Assembly (NCBI GenBank): GCA_963782475.1
Contig: CAWAJW010000008.1
Coordinates: 32,671 to 64,670 of the forward strand
Source: an uncultured Bacteroidota bacterium
GTDB taxonomy: Bacteria > Bacteroidota > Ignavibacteria > Ignavibacteriales > Ignavibacteriaceae
Direction: 5' to 3'
Length of the DNA: 32,000 nt
Both the position numbers and the translations under genes were made by a program. Position 1 is the first letter of the stretch; each line of letters starts with the position of its first letter. Below are positions 26,339 to 32,000 of the stretch, piece after piece. The notes under the pieces are model-generated. The model was not told where the DNA came from, did not search any database, and saw only the letters and a program-made list of their open reading frames with translations.

Positions 26339-27069
26339 ATTGGGTTTTTTTAAGCTCGGGAATAAATTCCGGAAAATTTAATATGGAAACCGATTTATTC
26401 CTGGCTATGAATTGCGAACCGGATGAAGCAATTTTCCGGTTATACAGGTGGGATCCTTACTGTATTTCTCTGGGAGCTAACCAGAATGAAAATATTATTA
26501 ATTATAATGAAGCAAAAAAAAATAATATCAGTGTTGTCCGCAGGCCGACCGGCGGGAGAGCAATCCTCCACGCGCAGGAAATTACTTATTCAGTTATTTA
26601 TCCTCTTAATAATAATATTTCTGCCAGGGAACTATATTCAAATATAAATTTTGCATTGAAAAATGGATTGGAAAAATATAGTAAAAAACTCAACAAAATT
26701 GAATTGGAAAATGAACAACCTGATTTCTCCATTTTATATAAAGAAAATTCAGGAGCAATTTGTTTTGCTGCCTCCGCTAAAAGCGAATTGAAATATGACG
26801 GGAAAAAACTTGCAGGCAGTGCTCAAAGAAAATTCAAAAATTCGATTCTGCAGCACGGCTCTATTTTATGCGGCAGTTATCATACAAAGATTGTGAAATA
26901 TTTGAATCTCCCTGAAGAAGAAAAAGAAATACTCAAATCGGAAATAATTGAGAAAACTATTGATCTGGAAAGTATTCTGAAAAAAGAAATAAAGTATGAA
27001 TTATTAGCTGAAGCATTGGCAGTCGGTTTCCATGAATATTTCAAGATCGATAGGATGCAGCATGTTTAA
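26335..27069 (+). CDS. Lipoate-protein ligase / octanoyltransferase family protein (BPL_LplA_LipB domain)
   Basis: Motifs seen: RLYRW.P.CISLG..Q, VVRRPTGGRAILH and GKKLAGSAQRK (catalytic Lys context). It overlaps the lpxA stop by 4 nt (ATGA). Confidence 0.7.
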   Translation: MNWVFLSSGINSGKFNMETDLFLAMNCEPDEAIFRLYRWDPYCISLGANQNENIINYNEAKKNNISVVRRPTGGRAILHAQEITYSVIYPLNNNISARELYSNINFALKNGLEKYSKKLNKIELENEQPDFSILYKENSGAICFAASAKSELKYDGKKLAGSAQRKFKNSILQHGSILCGSYHTKIVKYLNLPEEEKEILKSEIIEKTIDLESILKKEIKYELLAEALAVGFHEYFKIDRMQHV

Positions 27070-27170
27070 TTTTTTTCGAATCATATTCTCCCTTTGAAGA
27101 ATAAAATTGTCCAATATCTTTTCTCTATTAGATCAATTTTATATAAAATTTTTTATTCGAGATTAAAATT

Positions 27171-27986
27171 ATGAGCACTGAAAAACAGATCAAAAAGGTT
27201 ACTACAAAAACTCTATTTATTTTAAAGCAAAAAGGGATTAAAATCGCCGCTCTTACAGGCTACGATTTTATTACTGCTAAATTATTGGATGAAGCAGGGG
27301 TAGATATTATCCTTGTTGGCGATTCATTAAGCAATGTTTTCCAGGGGAATGAAACAACATTACCCGTTACTATGGATGAAATGATCTATCATACGAAAGC
27401 AGTTACAAAGGGCGTTGAACGGGCAATGGTTGTTGTTGATCTGCCGTTTATGTCTTACCAGCTCAGCATAGATGAAGGTTTTAGAAATGCCGGACGAATA
27501 ATGAAAGAAACTTCAGCAGGAGCCGTAAAGCTTGAAGGGGGGAAAAGAGTTGCGGAAATGGTTAGAAAAATTTCTGATGCGGGTATTCCTGTGATGGGAC
27601 ATCTGGGACTCACTCCGCAAAGCATACACCTCTTCGGAAGCTACCGTGAAAGAGGGCGGAATAAAGAGGAAGCGGAAGAGCTGCTGAATGATGCAAAAAT
27701 TCTTGAGGATGCCGGCGTTTTCGCAATTGTTCTTGAAAAAATACCTTCGATACTTGCTAAACAAATAACAGAGTCTATTAAGATTCCCACGATTGGAATA
27801 GGAGCGGGAGTTTTTTGCGACGGTCAAATACTTGTAACTCCCGATATGCTTGGTTTGAATGTTGATTTTCATCCGAGATTTGTAAGGCATTATTCCAATC
27901 AGGCCGAGGAAGTTTTAAAAGCTTTTAAAAATTATATTGATGATGTTAAAGCAAAAAATTTTCCTTCCGAAGAAGAAAGCTATTGA
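27171..27986 (+). CDS. panB: 3-methyl-2-oxobutanoate hydroxymethyltransferase
   Basis: Motifs seen: KIAALTGYD...[45 protein letters not shown] and IGIGAG..CDGQ.LV. Confidence 0.92.
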   Translation: MSTEKQIKKVTTKTLFILKQKGIKIAALTGYDFITAKLLDEAGVDIILVGDSLSNVFQGNETTLPVTMDEMIYHTKAVTKGVERAMVVVDLPFMSYQLSIDEGFRNAGRIMKETSAGAVKLEGGKRVAEMVRKISDAGIPVMGHLGLTPQSIHLFGSYRERGRNKEEAEELLNDAKILEDAGVFAIVLEKIPSILAKQITESIKIPTIGIGAGVFCDGQILVTPDMLGLNVDFHPRFVRHYSNQAEEVLKAFKNYIDDVKAKNFPSEEESY

Positions 27987-27992
27987 ACTATT

Positions 27993-28057
27993 ATTTGCTC
28001 TTGCCCTGAATTTGCTCTTGAACTGAACTTGAACTTGAACTTAAATATTGGATCAAT
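27993..28057. repeat. TGAAC/GAACTT micro-repeat block, copy B, with an internal 17-nt tandem duplication
   Basis: ATTTGCTCTTGCCCTGA (27993-28009) and ATTTGCTCTTGAACTGA (28010-28026) are a tandem pair, followed by ACTTGA ACTTGA ACTT. TGAAC occurs 4 times (28019, 28024, 28030, 28036). The block ends in ..AATATTGGATCAAT, like copy A. Confidence 0.5.
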
Positions 28058-28330
28058 ATTACAATTTATATTTCTACTCTTTATATATTTTTTCTTCCTA
28101 ATAAATTTTAATTTGCAGTTAGCGTTTCGGAATTTTTTTTGACTGTATACTATTCAACTTAATTCTTTTTTTTGTTAAGCATTTTAATATTTTAATTTTA
28201 GAATTTAGTAAAAAATAAATAGTTTGAATGATCAGATTATATCTTTGAAGTCTGGGAACCCGAAATGAATAAATTTTGCAGAATGAAATTAGCCAAAGAA
28301 TATTTGAAAGAGTCTTTGATCGGCTTACAT

Positions 28331-29468
28331 ATGGTTAAAGTATTGTTTTTAATATGTTTAGCTCTATTTATTTTCGGTTCAAGAAGTTATCCGCAAATCA
28401 ACTCCAAATTATATATTGAAGATGCTAATGTTACCGGTATAAAAAGATATGAAGATGAATTGTGGGTATCCACCTATGGTAATGGTATTTTCAAGTATTC
28501 GCTGAAGGATGATAAATGGACAAATTTTTCAACGAAAAGCGGCAGCCTGGATTTTGATTTCTTTTATACTATTGAAGTTAATAAAAATTATGTTTGGGCA
28601 GGTTCAAGTGAAGGTTTATTTATTTATGATAAAAAAAGAAATAATTGGAGGAAAAGAAGATTTGCACAAGGAGGTCAATGGGGAAACTGGATACGGTCTT
28701 TATTATATGATAAATCTGAAGATATTCTCTGGATAGGCAGATTTATTGATTTAACAAAATTGGATGTCCGCCGTAACCGGTATACTGATTATGATATTTC
28801 AATCAATAAAGATCCGAAGTCAAATAATATTAAATCTATAGCTTTTGATGGCGACAGTTTAATATGGTTCGGGACTGAATCGGGCGTGCATATATTTAAT
28901 AAGAAAAAAGATCCGGCGGATAAAAGTGCATGGAGGTATATAAATAACCGGGTAGATAATGGATTTAACGGAGATGGCGACGCTGTTTCAGTTTCCGATA
29001 TTCTTTTTGAAGGGGATCATGTCTGGTTTGCTACAGATGAATTTGTTACGCGTACTGAACCCGAATTTAATATCGGGGGCATATACCGCTATAACAGGAA
29101 ATTTAAATGGGATAGAATTTCAAGAACTAACGGTTTACCGGCTGACGGTGTTTATTGTCTTGAAAGAACAGGAAACCAGATTTGGGCAAGTCTCTATTCT
29201 TTTGACAGGGATGAAAAAACAGAATCGGGTAAAGGGCTTGTTATAATCAATCGTTCCGACGGAAAAGTGACGCCTAGTAGATCTTAACAAAATAAATATA
29301 GAGACTGCAAAAATTTCATGCATCTACTTTGACGGCAATTATTTATGGTTAGGAACCGATAAAGGTTTAAATAGGATATTAATAGCTAATCCTTTAGCTC
29401 AATGGCCGGGGACAAAAGAAAAAGTAGAAAAAAATGTGAAGGAAACGTCTATAAAAAAGATGAATTAA
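28331..29468 (+). CDS. Secreted beta-propeller protein with Reg_prop-like (two-component-regulator propeller) repeats. There is a frame break near 29268-29272 (the ORF as given ends at 29287).
   Basis: The ATG at 28331 gives the signal peptide MVKVLFLICLALFIFGS. Repeated W.(G/S)T..G(L/I/V)..(Y/F) blades are LWVSTYGNGIFKY, VWAGSSEGLFIYD, LWIGRF, IWFGTESGVHIFN, VWFATD and IWASLYSF. Another frame continues ..LVDLNKINIETAKISCIYFDGNYLWLGTDKGLNRIL and ends at 29466-29468. Confidence 0.65.
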
Positions 29469-29556
29469 ATGAATTATTTCAATTATCTGACATTTTTCCA
29501 CCTATATTCATAATATTGAAATGTTACCCCGGTCTAAATAATATCTGCCCGGAGGT

Positions 29557-29585
29557 TTGACTATAAAAGTAAGTATGTCTATATT
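29557..29585 (+). promoter_or_regulatory. Sigma-70-type promoter candidate for the yceD-rpmF-plsX-fabH operon
   Basis: TTGACT (29557-29562), a 17-nt spacer, then TATATT (29580-29585). Confidence 0.5.
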
Positions 29586-29621
29586 TTGGCTTGTTTTTGC
29601 TCTTTTTTTGTGAGATTTGAG

Positions 29622-30129
29622 ATGTTCATTAAAATAGCAAATTTAAGAGACGGTGAGTATTTTTATGAGTTTAATGAACCGGTTGAAGAAATTGAATTGG
29701 AAAATCCTTTTTGCAATAACTTTACGGCAGCATTAAAACTTTCCAAAATTCATAATCAATTGATCCTTGATGCAGAAATATCGGCAAATGCAAATTTTGA
29801 ATGTGATAGATGTGCAGCTTTATTTAATGAGGAAGTGAGAAGCAAAGTACAGGATGGTTTATTTGTTTAGTAATAATGGTGATGAACCTGATTCTCTAAA
29901 CATTACATATTTGCCGTTAAATTCAGATAAAATAATTCTTGATAAAGATTTTAGAGATTACTTAGTGCTTGCTGTTCCGATGAAAAAATTATGTAAAGAT
30001 GATTGTAAAGGATTATGCTATAAATGCGGCAAAAATTTAAATGAAGGCGATTGTGATTGCGAAAAAAATCAAGCTGATGTAAAATGGTTGCCTTTAACCG
30101 AATTGAAAAATAAATTGAATATAAACTAG
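29622..30129 (+). CDS. yceD: DUF177 / YceD-family protein. There is a frame break at about 29847 (fragments to 29870 and from 29854).
   Basis: It is in the canonical position upstream of rpmF-plsX. It has CDRC...[23 protein letters not shown] cysteine motifs. The frames join as ..EEVRSK|YRMVYLFS. The ATG at 29622 is preferred over the TTG at 29586. Confidence 0.75.
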
Positions 30130-30142
30130 TAATAGGAAAACA

Positions 30143-30322
30143 ATGCCAAACCCGAAACGAAGATGGTCAAAAAGCAGAAGAGATAAACGAAGAACACATT
30201 ATAAAGCCACAGTTCCTTCTTTGGGTACATGTTCAAATTGTGGTGAAATGAAACTAACCCATCGTGCATGCCCTGCCTGCGGTTACTATAATGAACGTTC
30301 TATGTTTTTACCAAAAAGCTAA
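30143..30322 (+). CDS. rpmF: 50S ribosomal protein L32
   Basis: 59 aa, below the ORF-track size cut-off. It reads [22 protein letters not shown]....[18 protein letters not shown]. Confidence 0.9.
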   Translation: MPNPKRRWSKSRRDKRRTHYKATVPSLGTCSNCGEMKLTHRACPACGYYNERSMFLPKS

Positions 30323-30340
30323 TATATAACAAATCATTTA

Positions 30341-31375
30341 ATGAACAGTTCTGTTCCTGAAAATTATAAATGCAGAATAGCTGTTGATGCAATGGGGGGT
30401 GATTTTGCCCCTCAAAATACAGTCATTGGTGCAATTCAAGCTCTTGAAGAAAATAAAAACTTTGAACTGTTATTGGTAGGAAAAGAAAAAGAAATCCTGG
30501 ATGTCATTTCAAATAACAACCTTTCTTTTGAAAAAAAAAATATTATTAATGCCGATGAAGTTATTGAAATGGGAGAATCTCCTACTCTTGCATTAAAAAA
30601 GAAATTAAATTCCTCAATAGTAATTGGCGCAAAATTAGTTAAAGATAAAAAAGCAGAAGCTTTTGTTAGTGCAGGCAATACCGGCGCTATGATGGCGGCT
30701 TCAACATTAATTATGGGGAGAATCCCGGGAGTAGGCAGGCCGACAATCGGTACAATATTTCCAAATGAAGCAGGTGTATCCACTGTCTTTGATGTTGGTG
30801 CAAGTGTCGATTCTAAACCTATACATCTTTTGGAATATGCGATTATGGGTACAATTTACACAAAGGAAATTTATGGTATCGAAAATCCCAAAGTAGGTAT
30901 TTTAAGTGTAGGGGAAGAAGAATCTAAAGGGAACGAAATATCAATAGCTGCAGCTTCATTAATAAGAAAAACTCATCTGAATTTTGTAGGAAATGTGGAA
31001 GGCAGGGATATTTTAAAGGGAACCGTTCATGTTGTCGTTTGCGATGGTTTTGTAGGTAATATTCTTTTGAAATTCGGTGAAGGCGTCTTAAATTATTTAA
31101 AATTTAAGCTGAAAGATTATGCAGAAAGAAATTTTTTTAATAAGTTAAAAGTCGGTTTGGTTAAAAGTACATTAAAAGATATACTTAAAGAATTTGATTA
31201 CCAGGAATATGGCGGTGTTCCTCTGCTTGGTGTTAATGGAATCAGCATTATCGGTCATGGATCAAGCACACCTAAGGCTATTAAAAATATGGTCTTAAGA
31301 GCAAATGAAATGCATTCTAAAAAATTGATAGAAAAGATTTCAAATTCAATAAATAAATACTCTAATTTATCTTAA
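30341..31375 (+). CDS. plsX: Phosphate acyltransferase
   Basis: Motifs seen: IAVDAMGGDFAP, AFVSAGNTGA, VGEEE.KGN, VVVCDGFVGNI.LK and G.S.IGHG.S. Confidence 0.92.
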   Translation: MNSSVPENYKCRIAVDAMGGDFAPQNTVIGAIQALEENKNFELLLVGKEKEILDVISNNNLSFEKKNIINADEVIEMGESPTLALKKKLNSSIVIGAKLVKDKKAEAFVSAGNTGAMMAASTLIMGRIPGVGRPTIGTIFPNEAGVSTVFDVGASVDSKPIHLLEYAIMGTIYTKEIYGIENPKVGILSVGEEESKGNEISIAAASLIRKTHLNFVGNVEGRDILKGTVHVVVCDGFVGNILLKFGEGVLNYLKFKLKDYAERNFFNKLKVGLVKSTLKDILKEFDYQEYGGVPLLGVNGISIIGHGSSTPKAIKNMVLRANEMHSKKLIEKISNSINKYSNLS

Positions 31376-31387
31376 ACGGAATTTATT

Positions 31388-32000
31388 ATGCCTTCTAATA
31401 ATAAGAAAAGATTTAGTGCTGTTATTACCGCTTTGGGAATGTATGTTCCCGAAAAAATTTTAGATAATGCATATTTTGAAAAAATAGTTGATACAAATGA
31501 TGAATGGATAAGAACAAGAACAGGAATTAAAGAAAGAAGAATGCTCGAGAATGGCGCTACCAGTGATCTTGCTACACGTGCTGCTCAAGATTTATTGAAA
31601 ACACATAATATATCACCGGATGAAATAGATGTAATTATCGTTGCTACCATCTCACCTGATATGTTTTTCCCTGCCACCGCCTGTTTGGTTCAAAATAATA
31701 TAGGTGCAAATAACGCATGGGGTTTTGATCTTTCAGCAGCTTGTTCAGGATTTCTGTTTGCTTATCAGACAGGAGCTAGTTTAATAGAATCAGGAGCTTA
31801 TAAAAAAGTTCTGGTTATAGGAGCAGATAAGATGAGTTCTATAACTGACTATACAGACAGAAACAATTGTATACTATTTGGAGATGCGGGAGCCGCAGTT
31901 TTATTAGAACCTTCGGAAGATCTCAATTATGGTTTACAGGATTCTTTATTAAAAATTGATGGATCCGGTAAAGAAGCTTTGTATTTAAAAGGAGGAGGAA
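31388..32000 (+). CDS. fabH: 3-oxoacyl-ACP synthase III; 3' end cut by window edge
   Basis: Motifs seen: ITALGMYVPEKILDN..FEK.VDTNDEWI..RTGIKERR, FDLSAACSGF (active-site Cys) and LVIGADK.S...D..DR....LFGDGAGA-like GDAGAAVLLE. Confidence 0.9.
   Translation, partial: MPSNNKKRFSAVITALGMYVPEKILDNAYFEKIVDTNDEWIRTRTGIKERRMLENGATSDLATRAAQDLLKTHNISPDEIDVIIVATISPDMFFPATACLVQNNIGANNAWGFDLSAACSGFLFAYQTGASLIESGAYKKVLVIGADKMSSITDYTDRNNCILFGDAGAAVLLEPSEDLNYGLQDSLLKIDGSGKEALYLKGGG

Noticed and set aside
1-32000. CRISPR arrays, transposases, integrases, prophage genes or known defence-system genes.
   Set aside because: No regularly spaced direct repeats of 25-40 nt are present. No ORF carries DDE/transposase, tyrosine/serine recombinase, Cas or restriction-modification motifs. 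The only repeats are the short micro-repeat blocks and the 14-bp inverted repeat reported above.

Overview
The window is AT-rich (roughly mid-30s % GC by eye), and every credible gene lies on the + strand. Gene content points to an Ignavibacteria-like member of the FCB group: an lpxC-fabZ fusion, the uppS-bamA-skp-lpxD-lpxC/fabZ-lpxA block, and a PVM-like microcompartment. This taxonomic call is inference only.

There are three blocks.

(1) nt 1-15541 is an L-fucose/L-rhamnose utilisation island. It is built around a bacterial microcompartment (BMC) locus:
- an acylating aldehyde dehydrogenase (5' truncated)
- one BMC-H and three BMC-P shell genes
- a PduS-like flavo-Fe-S protein and a PduT-like BMC-T
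- a class II aldolase with a C-terminal encapsulation-peptide-like helix
- an acetate-kinase paralog

These are followed by an aminotransferase, fucI, a secreted GH29 alpha-L-fucosidase, a RhaB-like kinase, fucP and a LacI-family regulator. A perfect 20-bp LacI-type palindrome lies just downstream of a good promoter in front of fucI.

(2) nt 15999-18006 holds an RRM/RGG RNA-binding protein and a structured inverted-repeat element. Next comes a lexA operon in which lexA is followed, with tight coupling, by a small stand-alone WYL-like protein and a protein with a degenerate nuclease-like motif. The lexA promoter is overlapped by a non-canonical GTTCAC-N10-GTGAAC palindrome. I consider this the best candidate for an undescribed system.

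(3) nt 18287-32000 is housekeeping: envelope and lipid genes uppS, bamA, two skp, lpxD, lpxC-fabZ, lpxA, a lipoate ligase-family gene, panB, a beta-propeller protein, yceD, rpmF, plsX and fabH (3' truncated).

A striking technical or biological feature is about 11 single-nucleotide frame disruptions. Seven of them fall within 2.4 kb of BMC enzyme genes. Others hit the essential genes uppS and bamA, so sequencing or assembly indels are the most parsimonious explanation.

I found no tRNA/rRNA, CRISPR array, transposase or integrase. All homology statements come from reading the translated sequence and recalling family motifs. No database search was run.
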